Below are positions 33,729-44,531 of a stretch of DNA of 64,000 nt, piece after piece (the first letter of the stretch is position 1; the number at the start of each line of letters is the position of its first letter). The stretch lies in contig DATCLY010000043.1 in the NCBI GenBank assembly GCA_036563665.1, positions 7,012 through 71,011 on the forward strand. The letters run 5' to 3'. Origin of the DNA: Gammaproteobacteria bacterium. Its GTDB lineage: Bacteria; Pseudomonadota; Gammaproteobacteria; Steroidobacterales; Rariloculaceae. The notes below the pieces were generated by a model. It saw only the letters and a program-made list of their open reading frames with translations, made no database searches and had not been told where the DNA came from. The position numbers and the translations under genes were made by a program.

Positions 33729-34978
33729 TGCTCGAGGACGAGACTCAACACGAGGCGCTGCTCGGCGCGCTGCTCGACGGCCGCCTGCCGGACGCCCAGG
33801 GACGGTTCGGGCCGTACGGCGGCCGCTACGTGCCGGAGACGCTCATGGTGGCCGTGAACCGGCTGGCCGACGGCGTGCGCGACATCCTGCCGTCGCCCGA
33901 CTTCCAGCGCACGCTCGAGCGGGAGCTCAAGACCTGGGTGGGCCGGCCCACGGCGTTGACCCACGCGCCGCGGCTCGGCGCCCGCTGGGGCGCGGAGGTG
34001 TGGCTCAAGCGCGAGGATCTCGCCCACACGGGCGCCCACAAGATCAACAACGCCATCGGGCAGGCGCTGCTCGCGCGCGCGCTCGGCGCCAAGCGCATCG
34101 TGGCGGAGACGGGCGCGGGCCAGCACGGCGTGGCTTCGGCAGCCGCCTGCGCACGGGTGGGGCTGCCCTGCACCGTGTACATGGGCGCCGTCGACGTCGA
34201 GCGGCAGGCGCCGAACGTCGATCGCATGCGGCGCCTTGGCGCCCGCGTCGTGCCCGTCGAGTCCGGCGACCGGACGCTGCGGGCCGCCATCGACGAGGCG
34301 ATCCGCGACTGGGTCTCCGACCCCGAGGGCACGTACTACCTGCTGGGGTCGGCGGTGGGGCCGCATCCCTACCCGTACCTGGTCCGGGAACTCCAGGCCG
34401 TCATCGGCCGCGAGGCCCGCGACCAGATCCGCATGGCCGCGGGCCGGCTGCCGGACGCCGTGTTCGCCTGCGTGGGCGGGGGCTCGAACGCCATCGGCCT
34501 GTTCCACGGCTTCCTCAAGGACCGCGAGGTGGAGCTCATCGGCGTGGAGGCCGGCGGCACGGGCACGGCGCTCGGCGAGCACGCGGCCACGCTCGCGGGC
34601 GGCCGCCCCGGCGTGCTGCATGGCGCATACTCCATGCTGCTCTACGACGAGCACGGGCAGGTGCAGGAGACGCATTCGGTGTCCGCGGGCCTCGACTATC
34701 CGGGCGTGGGTCCGGAGCACGCGTTCCTCAAGCTCGTGGGGCGCGTCGAGTACGTCACCGCGAGCGATCGCGAGGCGCTCGAGGCGCTGGACGAGCTCTG
34801 CGAGACCGAGGGCATCCTGCCGGCGCTCGAGAGCTCGCACGCGCTCGCGGGCGCGCGGCGCTACGCGGCGGAGCATCCCGGCCGGCGTCTGCTCGTCGGG
34901 CTCTCCGGGCGCGGCGACAAGGACATGCCGATCCTCGCCCGATACCCTCGCGCGGAGGCGACCCATGCAGCCGCGTGA
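33728..34978 (+). CDS. trpB: Tryptophan synthase beta chain
   Basis: [62 protein letters not shown] and LSGRGDKD. Confidence 0.98.
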   Translation: MLEDETQHEALLGALLDGRLPDAQGRFGPYGGRYVPETLMVAVNRLADGVRDILPSPDFQRTLERELKTWVGRPTALTHAPRLGARWGAEVWLKREDLAHTGAHKINNAIGQALLARALGAKRIVAETGAGQHGVASAAACARVGLPCTVYMGAVDVERQAPNVDRMRRLGARVVPVESGDRTLRAAIDEAIRDWVSDPEGTYYLLGSAVGPHPYPYLVRELQAVIGREARDQIRMAAGRLPDAVFACVGGGSNAIGLFHGFLKDREVELIGVEAGGTGTALGEHAATLAGGRPGVLHGAYSMLLYDEHGQVQETHSVSAGLDYPGVGPEHAFLKLVGRVEYVTASDREALEALDELCETEGILPALESSHALAGARRYAAEHPGRRLLVGLSGRGDKDMPILARYPRAEATHAAA

Positions 34979-35738
34979 GGCGATCCGGCGGGCGCTCGCC
35001 CGCGACCTCGCGGCCGGCGACCCGGCGCTCGTTGCGTTCGTCACGGCCGGCTACCCGCGCCCCGAGGGGTTCCTCGCCACGCTCGAGCGCGTGGCCGAGG
35101 CGGCGGACGCGATCGAGATCGGCGTGCCGTTCAGCGACCCGATGGCGGACGGCGTCACGATCCAGCGCGCGAGCCGCGAGGCCATCGCGAACGGCGTGAC
35201 GCTCGCGTGGATCTTCGCGGAGCTCGAGCGCCGCACGGGCGCGCGCGACACGCCGCTGCTGCTCATGAGCTATCTGAACCCACTGCTCGCGTTCGGCTAC
35301 GAGCGGCTCGCCGCCCGGGCGGCGGAAACGGGCGTCGCGGGGTTCATCGTGCCGGACCTGCCGTACGAGGAGAGCGGCCCGCTGCACGAGGCGCTCGCGC
35401 CGCACGGCCTCGCGCTCGTGCAGCTCGTGACGCCGGCGACGCCGCGGGAGCGGCTGCGCGCGCTCTGCGCGGCGAGCGAAGGCTTCGTCTACGCGGTGAC
35501 CCGCACGGGGATCACGGGCGACGCGCGGCTGCCCGCGGAGCTCGCCGAGTATCTCGACGCCGTGAAGGCCGCGAGCCCGATCCCCGTCTGCGCCGGCTTC
35601 GGCGTGCGCCGGCCGGAGCAGGTGGCGCTGGTCGGCGCGCATGCGGACGGCGTCATCGTGGGCTCGGCGCTCGTGGAAGCGCTCGAGCGCGGCGAGGATC
35701 CGGGCGCGTTCCTGCGCGCCCTGCGACGCGAGGGATGA
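34965..35738 (+). CDS. trpA: Tryptophan synthase alpha chain
   Basis: [50 protein letters not shown] and [10 protein letters not shown]. Confidence 0.96.
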   Translation: MQPREAIRRALARDLAAGDPALVAFVTAGYPRPEGFLATLERVAEAADAIEIGVPFSDPMADGVTIQRASREAIANGVTLAWIFAELERRTGARDTPLLLMSYLNPLLAFGYERLAARAAETGVAGFIVPDLPYEESGPLHEALAPHGLALVQLVTPATPRERLRALCAASEGFVYAVTRTGITGDARLPAELAEYLDAVKAASPIPVCAGFGVRRPEQVALVGAHADGVIVGSALVEALERGEDPGAFLRALRREG

Positions 35739-36682
35739 GCGGGGCGCTGCGGCTCGCCGAGATCGTGCTGCTCGCCGCGGCCGCGGCGTCCGTGGGCGTG
35801 ACCGTCGCCGCGTTCGCGGGCGAAGCCTCGTGGCTCCTCGACCTCACGACGCACTTCCGCTGGCAGTACGTCGCCGTGCAGGTGCTCCTGCTGCCCGCGC
35901 TGCTCGCGCTGCGCCGCCGCCGCTTCGCAGCGGCGACGGCCGCGGCGCTCGTGCTGAACCTCGCGGCCCTGGGACCTTATCTGCCCCGCTTCGCGACCGC
36001 CGCGGCGGCCCGCGACGAGGCGCTCGGCGTGCTGGTCGTGAACCTCCTCTGGGAGAACGAAGACGCCGCCGCGCTGCTCGAGACGGTCGCCCGCGAGCCG
36101 CACGACGTGCTGGTGCTCACCGAGTTCACGCACGACTGGGCCGCGCGGCTCGCGCCGCTCGAGGAGCGCTACCCGTATCGCGTGGAAGAGCCGCGCGGAG
36201 ACGCGTGGGGCATCGCGCTGCTCTCGCGGCTGCCGCTCGCGGACGCGGGCGTGGTGGATCTCGAAGGCATGCCCGCGGTCGACGCGCGCGTCGTCGCGCC
36301 CGCCGGCACGTTCAGGCTGCTCGGCGTGCATCTGCGGCCGCCCACGCGGCCCCAATGGGCGCGGCAGCGCAACCGCCAGCTCGCGACGCTCGGCCGCTGG
36401 GCGGCCGACGCCGCCGAGCCCCTGGTCGTGGCCGGCGACTTCAACAGCACGCCGTACTCGCCGCATTTCGCGGCGATGCTCGAAGCGGGCGGGCTGCGCA
36501 CCACCGGCGCGGGCCGCGGCTTCCACTTCACCTGGCCCTCCTTCTTGCCATTGCTCGGCATCCCCATCGATCATTGCGCCGTGAGCGGCGAATTCACCGT
36601 GCTCGAGCACCGGCGGCTGGCGCCCGTCGGCTCGGACCACTACCCACTCCTCGCGCGGCTCGCGCTCGCGGAGCGCCGATGA
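35735..36682 (+). CDS. Endonuclease/exonuclease/phosphatase (EEP) family membrane protein
   Basis: N-terminal TM helices, VVNLLWEN, DVLVLTE, GVHL, VAGDFNSTP, IPIDH and GSDHYP. ATGA overlap with trpA. Confidence 0.9.
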   Translation: MSGALRLAEIVLLAAAAASVGVTVAAFAGEASWLLDLTTHFRWQYVAVQVLLLPALLALRRRRFAAATAAALVLNLAALGPYLPRFATAAAARDEALGVLVVNLLWENEDAAALLETVAREPHDVLVLTEFTHDWAARLAPLEERYPYRVEEPRGDAWGIALLSRLPLADAGVVDLEGMPAVDARVVAPAGTFRLLGVHLRPPTRPQWARQRNRQLATLGRWAADAAEPLVVAGDFNSTPYSPHFAAMLEAGGLRTTGAGRGFHFTWPSFLPLLGIPIDHCAVSGEFTVLEHRRLAPVGSDHYPLLARLALAERR

Positions 36683-37416
36683 CGCAGAAAACCCCGACGG
36701 CCTGCGTGCTGCTCATCGGCAACGAGCTCCTGTCCGGCAAGACGCAGGACGCGAACCTGAAATTCCTCGCCGTGGAGCTCGGCAAGCTCGGGATCCGGCT
36801 CGAGGAAGCGCGCGTGATCCGCGACGAGCGCGACGCCATCGTCGCGCACCTGAACGAGTGCCGGCGCAAGTTCACGTACGTGTTCACCACGGGCGGCATC
36901 GGCCCCACGCACGACGACATCACGGCGGAGTGCGTGGCCGCCGCGTTCGGCGTGGACCTCGTGGTGGATCCCGAGGCGAAGCGGCGCCTCGAGCAGCGCT
37001 ACGAGCTCAACGAGGCCCGGCTCAAGATGGCCCGCGTGCCCCGCGGCGCCACGCTCATCGACAACTCCGTGAGCCTCGCGCCCGGCTTCCGGATGGGCAA
37101 CGTGTTCGTGCTGGCCGGCATCCCCGCCATCGCGCAGGCGATGTTCGCGGCGGCCGCCCGCGAGCTCGAGACCGGCGCCGAGATTCGCTCGGCGTCGGTG
37201 GACGCGCTGCTCAAGGAAGGCGACTTCGCGGAGTCGCTCACCCGCATCGCGGAGGCGCACCCCGAGGTCGAGATCGGCAGCTACCCGTTCCACCGCGACG
37301 GCGTGTACGGCGCCACGCTCGTCGTGCGCGGCACCGACGAGCGCGCCATCGCGGCCGTGCTCGAGGAGATCAAGGCGGCCATCGTCGCCATCGGCGGCCC
37401 GGCCGCGCTCGGCTGA
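36679..37416 (+). CDS. CinA-like molybdopterin-binding (COG1058) protein without the C-terminal PncC domain
   Basis: LLIGNELLSGKTQDAN, TTGGIGPTHDDIT, NSVSLAPGF, LAGIP and EIGSYPF. Confidence 0.88.
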   Translation: MTQKTPTACVLLIGNELLSGKTQDANLKFLAVELGKLGIRLEEARVIRDERDAIVAHLNECRRKFTYVFTTGGIGPTHDDITAECVAAAFGVDLVVDPEAKRRLEQRYELNEARLKMARVPRGATLIDNSVSLAPGFRMGNVFVLAGIPAIAQAMFAAAARELETGAEIRSASVDALLKEGDFAESLTRIAEAHPEVEIGSYPFHRDGVYGATLVVRGTDERAIAAVLEEIKAAIVAIGGPAALG

Positions 37417-37426
37417 GCGGCTCGGG

Positions 37427-39043
37427 TCAGCGACCGTCGCGCGGCCAGAAGAGCAGCGCGACCCCGAGCCCGGCGCCCACGTAGCCGACCCAGGCGGGCG
37501 CGACGAGGCCCGCCCAGAGCACGCCCGCGATCAGCAACGCGCCGGCCGCGAGCGTGCGCTCGGGTCGAACGTTCGCGCGCCGCTCGACCGGCAGCCGGTA
37601 GGGCGGCCGCACCGGCGCCTCGGCCGCGTCCGCCCTGCGGATGGCCCGGTGCAGCAGGCCCGGCAGCAGGCTCAGGTCCTCCTGCACGGTGGGCCAGGCG
37701 CGATAGAGCTCGGCGAGCCGCGTGCGCGGGTCGTGCCGCTGCGCCATCCACTCCTCGAGCACCGGCTGCGCGGTCTGCCAGAGGTCGAGGTCCGGATAGA
37801 GCTGGCGGCCCAGGCCTTCGATCGCGAGCAGCGTCTTCTGCAGCAGCACGAGCTGCGGCTGCACCTCCATGTGGAACGCGCGCGCCGTCTGAAAGAGCCG
37901 CAGCAGCACGAGGCCGAACGAGATGTCCTTGAGGGGCTTGTTGAAGATCGGCTCGCAGACGGCCCGGATGGCCGATTCGAGCTCCACCACGCGCGTGCCG
38001 CGCGGCACCCAGCCCGAGTCCACGTGCAGCGCGGCCACGCGGCGGTAGTCGCGGCGGAAGAAAGCGAGGAAGTTCTCCGCCAGGTAGTGCTGGTCGCGGG
38101 CGTCGAGCGTGCCCACGATGCCGAAGTCCACGGCGATGTAGCGCGGCCACTCGGGGTCCGTCACGTCCACGAAGATGTTCCCCGGGTGCATGTCGGCGTG
38201 GAAAAAGTTGTGGCGGAAGACCTGCGTGAAGAAGATCTCCACGCCGTTCTCGGCCAGCCGCTTGATGTTCGTGCCGCGGCGCTTGAGCTCCTCCACGTGG
38301 CTGATCGGCACGCCGCTGATGCGCTCCATGGTCAGCACGTTCGGCCGGCAGTAGTCCCAGTAGACGGCGGGCACGTAGAGCATGTCGGAGCCCGCGAAGT
38401 TGCGCTTGAGCTGCGCCGCGTTGGCGGCCTCGCGCATGAGGTCGAGCTCGTTCGCGAGCGTGCGCTCGAACTCGGCCACGACCTCGATCGGATGGAGCCT
38501 GCGCGCCTCGGGCCAATAGCGCTCGGCCAGCCCCGCGAGCGCGTACAGCACCTCGAGATCGCGCGCGATGAGCTCCGCCACGTGGGGCCGCAGGATCTTG
38601 ACGACTACGCGCTCCCCGCCCGTGAGCTCCGCGCCGTGCACCTGCGCGATGGACGCGGCCGCGATCGGCGTCTCCTCGAACGAAGCGAACACCTCGGCGA
38701 GCGGACGGCCGAAGGCGCGCTCCAGGATGGCGACGGCCTCCGCGGACGGGAACGGCGGCACCTGGTCCTGCAGCTTCGCGAGCTCGTCGGCGATGTCGGG
38801 CGGCAGCAGGTCGCGGCGTACCGAGATCGCCTGGCCGAACTTCACGAAGATCGGCCCGAGCTCCTCGAGCGCGAGGCGGATGCGCACGCCGAGCGGCGCG
38901 CGGCGGGCCCTGCCCGGCAAGAGCCGCAGCAGCGGCGCCACCGGCCGGAACAGATGCGTGCGCCAGACGATCTCGTCGAGGCCGTGACGGATCAGCGCCC
39001 GCTGGATGGCGAGCAGCCGAAACAGCAGCCGCAGGCGCCGCAT
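37427..39043 (-). CDS. ubiB: Ubiquinone biosynthesis kinase-like protein UbiB
   Basis: [48 protein letters not shown] and [15 protein letters not shown] 39043. Confidence 0.97.
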   Translation of the reverse strand: MRRLRLLFRLLAIQRALIRHGLDEIVWRTHLFRPVAPLLRLLPGRARRAPLGVRIRLALEELGPIFVKFGQAISVRRDLLPPDIADELAKLQDQVPPFPSAEAVAILERAFGRPLAEVFASFEETPIAAASIAQVHGAELTGGERVVVKILRPHVAELIARDLEVLYALAGLAERYWPEARRLHPIEVVAEFERTLANELDLMREAANAAQLKRNFAGSDMLYVPAVYWDYCRPNVLTMERISGVPISHVEELKRRGTNIKRLAENGVEIFFTQVFRHNFFHADMHPGNIFVDVTDPEWPRYIAVDFGIVGTLDARDQHYLAENFLAFFRRDYRRVAALHVDSGWVPRGTRVVELESAIRAVCEPIFNKPLKDISFGLVLLRLFQTARAFHMEVQPQLVLLQKTLLAIEGLGRQLYPDLDLWQTAQPVLEEWMAQRHDPRTRLAELYRAWPTVQEDLSLLPGLLHRAIRRADAAEAPVRPPYRLPVERRANVRPERTLAAGALLIAGVLWAGLVAPAWVGYVGAGLGVALLFWPRDGR

Positions 39044-39051
39044 GGCCCCCG

Positions 39052-39768
39052 TCAGGCGCCGTGCCGGGCGGCGAGCCGGCGCAGGCGCTCGGCGGCGCGC
39101 TCGACGTCGTCGCGCAGGCGCTCCACGTCCGCGAGGAAGGCGCGCGCCTCGGCGGGCGCGGGCAGCGCGCGGCGCTCCTCCTGGAGGTATTCCGCCGCAT
39201 CGGTGAGCAGCGCGCGGTGCGCGCGCGCGACCCAGCCCGCCGCGCCCCGGGCGAGCGAGCCCAGGTCGTGCGCGGCCAGGTCGCCGATCCACCGCGCGAG
39301 CTCTTCCTCGAGGTCGGGCCGCGCGTGCGCGAGCAGCGCCACGTAGCGCTCCGCGACGTCGACGCCGCCCGTGAGCTCCGCGCGCGTGCGTTTCAGCGCG
39401 GCGAGGTCGCCCGCGCGCACGAGCCGCAGCAGATCGAGCGGCGCCGCACGCAGCAGGGCGCGCCGCCTCGCCGCAGCGGCCTCCGGCAGCTCCGGCGCTC
39501 CCGCTCCGGTCAGCGCGAGGGTCACGCGGCCGCCGTCGCTCGCGAGCACGACGGCGAGCGACAGGCCTTCGACGATCACCGTGAGAGCGGCGCCTTCGAG
39601 CTCGGCCACGAGCCGGCGGGCCGGCGTGGACTCTGCGATGCAGCGCGCGAGCAGCCGCTCGGCCGCGCGCACCGCGCGCTCGCCGGCCGCAGACGCGGCC
39701 TTTCCACCGAGCCGCGCCGGGACGAAACCCGCGCGCAGCGCCGCCCGGCTAAAGCTTGTAACCCACAT
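39052..39768 (-). CDS. ubiJ: Ubiquinone biosynthesis SCP2-domain protein UbiJ (start uncertain; GTG 39672 also possible)
   Basis: [23 protein letters not shown] and [11 protein letters not shown]; sits between ubiE and ubiB. Confidence 0.85.
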   Translation of the reverse strand: MWVTSFSRAALRAGFVPARLGGKAASAAGERAVRAAERLLARCIAESTPARRLVAELEGAALTVIVEGLSLAVVLASDGGRVTLALTGAGAPELPEAAAARRRALLRAAPLDLLRLVRAGDLAALKRTRAELTGGVDVAERYVALLAHARPDLEEELARWIGDLAAHDLGSLARGAAGWVARAHRALLTDAAEYLQEERRALPAPAEARAFLADVERLRDDVERAAERLRRLAARHGA

Positions 39769-40519
39769 GCAGAGCGACGATGCCCCCGGAGAGATTGAAA
39801 TACCGGCACCGCTCGAGGCCGCTCTCCTCCATGAGGGCGCGCAGCGACTCCTGGTCGGGATGGCGACGGATGGATTCCGCGAGGTAGCGGTAGCTCGCCG
39901 AGTCGCCCGCGAGCCAAGACCCGAGCCTCGGCAGCACCTGGAAGGAATACAGGTCGTAGAGCGGCTCGAGGGGTCCCAGGTGCGGCTTCGAGAACTCGAG
40001 CACGAGCAGCCGCCCGCCCGGCTTGAGCACTTCCCGCATCGAGCGCAGCGCGGCCGCCTTGTCGGTCACGTTGCGCAGGCCGAAGCCGATCGTCACGCAG
40101 TGGAACGTGTTGGGCTTGAACGGCAGCCGCTCGGCGTCGGCCTGCACGTAGTGGACGTTGCCGACGAGCCCCTCGTCGACGAGGCGGTCGCGCCCGAGGG
40201 AGAGCATCCGGGCGTTGATGTCGGTCACGACCACGAGGCCCGTCCTGCCCACGCGGCGCGCGAGCCCCACCGCGAGGTCGCCGCTGCCGGCGGCGACGTC
40301 GAGCGCGCGGTCGCCGGGCCGGAGGCCCGTCTGCTGCACCGTGAAGCGCTTCCACAGACGGTGGAGCCCGACCGACATGACGTCGTTCATGAGGTCGTAG
40401 CGCGGCGCCACGGAGTCGAACACCCCGCGCACGCGCCGCTTCTTCGCGGTCCACGGCACGCGCTCGTAGCCGAAGTCCGCGAACCGTGCCTCGGAAGCTG
40501 GATCGTCGCTGGTCGTCAT
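39749..40519 (-). CDS. ubiE: Ubiquinone/menaquinone C-methyltransferase
   Basis: [54 protein letters not shown] and [12 protein letters not shown]. Confidence 0.97.
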   Translation of the reverse strand: MTTSDDPASEARFADFGYERVPWTAKKRRVRGVFDSVAPRYDLMNDVMSVGLHRLWKRFTVQQTGLRPGDRALDVAAGSGDLAVGLARRVGRTGLVVVTDINARMLSLGRDRLVDEGLVGNVHYVQADAERLPFKPNTFHCVTIGFGLRNVTDKAAALRSMREVLKPGGRLLVLEFSKPHLGPLEPLYDLYSFQVLPRLGSWLAGDSASYRYLAESIRRHPDQESLRALMEESGLERCRYFNLSGGIVALHVGYKL

Positions 40520-40563
40520 GGTCGCCCGTCGCGGGAGCGTTCCGCCCGGCGCGCCGGGCCCCG

Positions 40564-40986
40564 TCATTCGTCTTCCTGAGCCGCTCGAGGCCGCGCCGGG
40601 CCGCCGGCCGGCCGCTCGCGGCTCTTTCCCGCCCGCTCGAGGCGCTCGAGGTAGCGGCGCCAGTTCGCGTCGTGGTGGCGGCAGAGGTCGTAGAGTATAG
40701 GCCAGGTGTAGAGGCCGGTATTGTGGCCGTCGTCGAATACGAGCCGCACGGCATAGTGGCCCACGGGCTCGATGCGCTCGATGCCGACGTCCTTCTTGCC
40801 CGCCACGAGCACGCCCTCTCCGCCGCCGTGGCCCTTGACCTCGGCCGAAGGCGAGTGCACGCGCAGGTACTCGGCGCTGAGCCGCCCGCGCACGCCGTCC
40901 GCGAACTCGATCTCGAGCTCGCGCGAGCGCTTGTGCAGCTTGATCTCGATCGGCGGCGAAGACGCGTCGGCCACGCGAGCCCTCAC
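40564..40986 (-). CDS. DUF971 / gamma-butyrobetaine hydroxylase N-terminal-like protein
   Basis: [41 protein letters not shown]; usual hslU-DUF971-ubiE order. Confidence 0.92.
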   Translation of the reverse strand: MRARVADASSPPIEIKLHKRSRELEIEFADGVRGRLSAEYLRVHSPSAEVKGHGGGEGVLVAGKKDVGIERIEPVGHYAVRLVFDDGHNTGLYTWPILYDLCRHHDANWRRYLERLERAGKSRERPAGGPARPRAAQEDE

Positions 40987-42293
40987 AGGATGTAGCGCGT
41001 CAGGTCCTCGTCCTTGACGAGGTCGCCGAGCTCGCGGTCCACATAGGCGGCGTCGATGACCACGGTCTGGCCGCCGCGGTCCGCCGCCTCGAACGACACC
41101 TTCTCGAGCAGCCGCTCGAGCACGGTGTGCAGCCGCCGCGCCCCGATGTTCTCGCTGCGCTCGTTCACCTGGTACGCCACCTCCGCGATCCGCCGAATGC
41201 CGGACGGAGCGAACTCGAGGTTCACGCGCTCGGTGGCGAGCAGCTCTCTGTACTGCTCGGTGAGCGAGGCGTCGGGCTCGGTCAGGATGCGCTCGAACTC
41301 CTCGATGCCGAGCGAGTCGAGCTCCACGCGGATCGGGAAGCGGCCCTGGAGCTCCGGGATCAGGTCGGACGGCTTCGCGACGCTGAACGCCCCCGAGGCG
41401 ATGAACAGAATGTGGTCGGTGCGCACCATGCCGTAGCGGGTGGACACCGTCGAGCCCTCCACGAGCGGCAGCAGGTCGCGCTGCACGCCTTCGCGCGAGA
41501 CGTCGGCGCCGTAGGACTCCGAGCGGCGGGCGATCTTGTCGATCTCGTCGAGAAACACGATGCCGTTCTGCTCCACCGCCCGCACGGCCTCGAGCTTGAT
41601 CTCTTCCTCGTTCACGAGCTTCGCCGCCTCCTCGTCCTTGAGGAGCTTCATCGCGTCCTTGACCTTGAGCTTGCGCCGCCGGACGCGGCCGCCGCCGAGG
41701 CTCCGGAACATGCTCTGCAGCTGCTGGGTCATCTCCTCCATGCCGGGCGGCGCCATGATCTCGACGCCGAGCGTGGGCGCCTGCACCTCCACCTCCACCT
41801 CGCGCTCGTCGAGCGCGTGCTCGCGCAGCATCTTGCGGAAGCGCTGGCGCGTGTCGCGGCCCTCGCCCGCGTCGAGGCGCGAGCCGGGCAGCAGCGCGTC
41901 GAGCAGCCGCTCCTCGGCCAGGTCCTCGGCGCGGGTGCTCACCTTCTGCATGGCTTCCTCGCGGAGCATCTTCACGGCCATGTCCACGAGGTCGCGGATG
42001 ATCGAATCCACGTCGCGGCCGACGTAGCCCACCTCCGTGAACTTGGTGGCCTCCACCTTGATGAACGGCGCGTTCGCGAGCTTCGCGAGCCGGCGGGCGA
42101 TCTCGGTCTTGCCGACGCCCGTGGGGCCGATCATGAGGATGTTCTTCGGCGTGATCTCGCTGCGCAGCGGCTCCGGGATCTGCGCCCGGCGCCAGCGGTT
42201 ACGCAGCGCGATCGCCACGGCGCGCTTCGCCTCGTGCTGGCCGACGATGTGCTTGTCGAGCTCCTCGACGATCTCGCGAGGCGTCATCGACAT
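40983..42293 (-). CDS. hslU: ATP-dependent protease ATPase subunit HslU
   Basis: [49 protein letters not shown] and [10 protein letters not shown]. Confidence 0.98.
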   Translation of the reverse strand: MSMTPREIVEELDKHIVGQHEAKRAVAIALRNRWRRAQIPEPLRSEITPKNILMIGPTGVGKTEIARRLAKLANAPFIKVEATKFTEVGYVGRDVDSIIRDLVDMAVKMLREEAMQKVSTRAEDLAEERLLDALLPGSRLDAGEGRDTRQRFRKMLREHALDEREVEVEVQAPTLGVEIMAPPGMEEMTQQLQSMFRSLGGGRVRRRKLKVKDAMKLLKDEEAAKLVNEEEIKLEAVRAVEQNGIVFLDEIDKIARRSESYGADVSREGVQRDLLPLVEGSTVSTRYGMVRTDHILFIASGAFSVAKPSDLIPELQGRFPIRVELDSLGIEEFERILTEPDASLTEQYRELLATERVNLEFAPSGIRRIAEVAYQVNERSENIGARRLHTVLERLLEKVSFEAADRGGQTVVIDAAYVDRELGDLVKDEDLTRYIL

Positions 42294-42309
42294 GGTCCGC
42301 TCCCGTCCA

Positions 42310-42852
42310 TTAGAGCTCCTCGATCACCACTTCGCGGTTGGTGTAGATGCAGATGTCCCCCGCGATGGCGAGCGCCTTCTCCACGATAGCGCGGGCGTCG
42401 AGCTCCGTGTTCTCGAGGAGCGCGAGCGCGGCGGCCTGTGCGTACGCGCCGCCCGAGCCGATGGCGAGCAGGTCCCGCTCGGGCTCGATGACGTCGCCGG
42501 TGCCGGAAAGGAGCAGCGACTGGTTCTTGTCCGCCACGATGAGCAACGCCTCGAGCCGCCGCAGCATGCGGTCCGTGCGCCAGTCCTTGGCGAGCTCGAT
42601 GGCCGCCCGCGTGAGGTTGCCGTACTGGTCGAGCTTGCCCTCGAAGTGCTCGAACAGCGTGAACGCGTCGGCCGTGGCGCCCGCGAACCCGGCGAGCACC
42701 TTGTCGCCGTGCAGCCGGCGCACCTTGCGGGCGTTGCCTTTGACGACCTTGTCGCCGAGCGTGACCTGGCCGTCGCCGCCGAGCGCCACGCGGCCGTTGC
42801 GCCGCACGCACAGGATGGTGGTGCCGTGAAAAACGTCGCTGCCTTTGGCCAT
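42310..42852 (-). CDS. hslV: ATP-dependent protease subunit HslV (with short propeptide)
   Basis: FHG|[30 protein letters not shown] and ICIYTN. Confidence 0.97.
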   Translation of the reverse strand: MAKGSDVFHGTTILCVRRNGRVALGGDGQVTLGDKVVKGNARKVRRLHGDKVLAGFAGATADAFTLFEHFEGKLDQYGNLTRAAIELAKDWRTDRMLRRLEALLIVADKNQSLLLSGTGDVIEPERDLLAIGSGGAYAQAAALALLENTELDARAIVEKALAIAGDICIYTNREVVIEEL

Positions 42853-42891
42853 GCGTGGAGTCTTCCTCTCTGCCGGGCTCAGCGGCCCGGA

Positions 42892-43812
42892 TCAGCCTTG
42901 GCGGCGCCGGGCGCGGGGATGGGCTCGGTCGTAAATGTGGGCCAGATGCTGGAAATCAACGTGGGTGTACACCTGGGTGGTGGACAGGCTCGCGTGCCCC
43001 AGCATCTCCTGCACCGCCCGCAGGTCGCCGCTCGACTCGAGCAGGTGCGTGGCGAACGAGTGGCGCAGCATGTGCGGGTGAACGTGCATCGGCGCGCCCT
43101 GGCGGCGGGCCCAATGGGCGACCCGCGCCTGGATCGTGCGGTGCGCGAGCCGCCGCCCCCGCCCGCTCACGAAGAGCGGCCCCGTGGCCGTATCCGCGCC
43201 GGCGCCCACCTCCCGCAGCCGCCGCGCCCGCACGGGCAGCCACGCCTCGAGCGCTTCCCGGGCCCGGCGCCCGACGGGCACGATGCGGGCCTTGGAGCCC
43301 TTGCCCAGGACCCGCACGGTGCCGTCCGCGAGGTCCACGTCCGGCACGTCGAGCCCGGCGAGCTCCGCGAGCCGCAGGCCGGACGAGTAGAAGAGCTCGA
43401 GGACCGCCCGGTCGCGCACGGCCTCGAAGCCGTCTCCGCGGATCTCGAGCAGGCTCGCGACCTGGTCGACGTCGAGGGTCTTCGGCAGCCGCCGGCCGGC
43501 CTTCGGCGCCTGCACGTGCACGGCCGGGTTCGACTCGAGCCGGCCGCGCTCCACGAGGAAGCCGAGAAAGGTCCGCACGGCCGAGAGCCGTCGCGCGAGG
43601 CTGCGCGGCTTGAGGCCGCGGCGATGGCCTTCCGCCACGAAGCGGCGGATGGCGTAGGAGTCGAGCGCGGCGAACGACTCGATGCCGAACCGGCGGCAAT
43701 GCTCGATCAGCGCCGCGACGTCGCGCCCGTAGGCGGCGACCGTGTGGCGGGAGAGCCGCCGCTCGGTGCCGAGCCTCGCGAGAAACTCCGCGAGGTCCCG
43801 CTCCGCGTTCAC
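42892..43812 (-). CDS. xerC: Tyrosine recombinase XerC
   Basis: RDRAVLELFYSSGLRLAEL, VLGKGSKAR, HPHMLRHSFATHLL and LGHASLSTTQVYTHV. Usual dapF-DUF484-xerC-hslV context; GTG 43812. Confidence 0.95.
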   Translation of the reverse strand: MNAERDLAEFLARLGTERRLSRHTVAAYGRDVAALIEHCRRFGIESFAALDSYAIRRFVAEGHRRGLKPRSLARRLSAVRTFLGFLVERGRLESNPAVHVQAPKAGRRLPKTLDVDQVASLLEIRGDGFEAVRDRAVLELFYSSGLRLAELAGLDVPDVDLADGTVRVLGKGSKARIVPVGRRAREALEAWLPVRARRLREVGAGADTATGPLFVSGRGRRLAHRTIQARVAHWARRQGAPMHVHPHMLRHSFATHLLESSGDLRAVQEMLGHASLSTTQVYTHVDFQHLAHIYDRAHPRARRRQG

Positions 43813-44531
43813 CGCGCGGGTGCCGGGAACAGCGCGACGGTGATGAGCTCGCCCAGGCGGCTCAGGAAATCCATGCGCTTGCCCGGGTGGAAGTGCTCGG
43901 GGTCGCGGTTGCCGATGATGAGGAAACCGCCCTCCGGGTGCCCCGCCTCGGTCAGGGGGCCGAGCGGCACCATGGCGGCGGACCCGAGCACCTCGCCGTC
44001 GCGGCCGAAGAGGTCCTTCTGGCGGTCGCGCAGCACGCCGCACCGCGGCCGCCCGGCACGCAGGAAGGTGGCGAACGGCTTCAAGGCCGCGTCGTCCGGA
44101 TCGAGCCGGAGCACGAAGCCGTCGCGCACGAGCGCGGGGTCCGCCTGCGGGAACAGCACGAGCAGCGCCCGCTCGGCCAGGAAGTCCTCGCGCAGGCTGG
44201 TCTCGATGCGCTCGAGCAGGGCGGCCGGGGAGTCCGCCGCGAGGAGCCCCGTGGCGAGCCGGTGCAGCTTCTCGACGAGCGCGTCGTTCTCCTTGGCCAC
44301 GGCCACGAGGTCCTTGAGCTGCCGCTCGAGCTGCGCGTTGCGCTCGCGCAGCACCGCCACCTGGCGCTCGATGAGCGAGATGGTGGCGCCGCCGCTACGG
44401 TGCTGCAGCCTGAGCCCGAGCAGCAGGAGCGGATGGCGCTCGAAGAAGTCGGGATGGGTTCGCAGGTACTCGGCGATTTCGGCCTCCTGGAACGAATCGC
44501 CGACCGCGGCTTGGCTCTTCGGTTGACTCAT
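43809..44531 (-). CDS. DUF484 (YigA) family protein
   Basis: IAEYLRTHPDFF, SLIERQVAVLRERN and FHPGKRMDFL. ATG 44531 overlaps the dapF stop. Confidence 0.92.
   Translation of the reverse strand: MSQPKSQAAVGDSFQEAEIAEYLRTHPDFFERHPLLLLGLRLQHRSGGATISLIERQVAVLRERNAQLERQLKDLVAVAKENDALVEKLHRLATGLLAADSPAALLERIETSLREDFLAERALLVLFPQADPALVRDGFVLRLDPDDAALKPFATFLRAGRPRCGVLRDRQKDLFGRDGEVLGSAAMVPLGPLTEAGHPEGGFLIIGNRDPEHFHPGKRMDFLSRLGELITVALFPAPAR

Noticed and set aside
42892-43812. Tyrosine recombinase as a phage or island integrase
   Set aside because: Sequence and dapF-DUF484-xerC-hslVU context identify housekeeping XerC.
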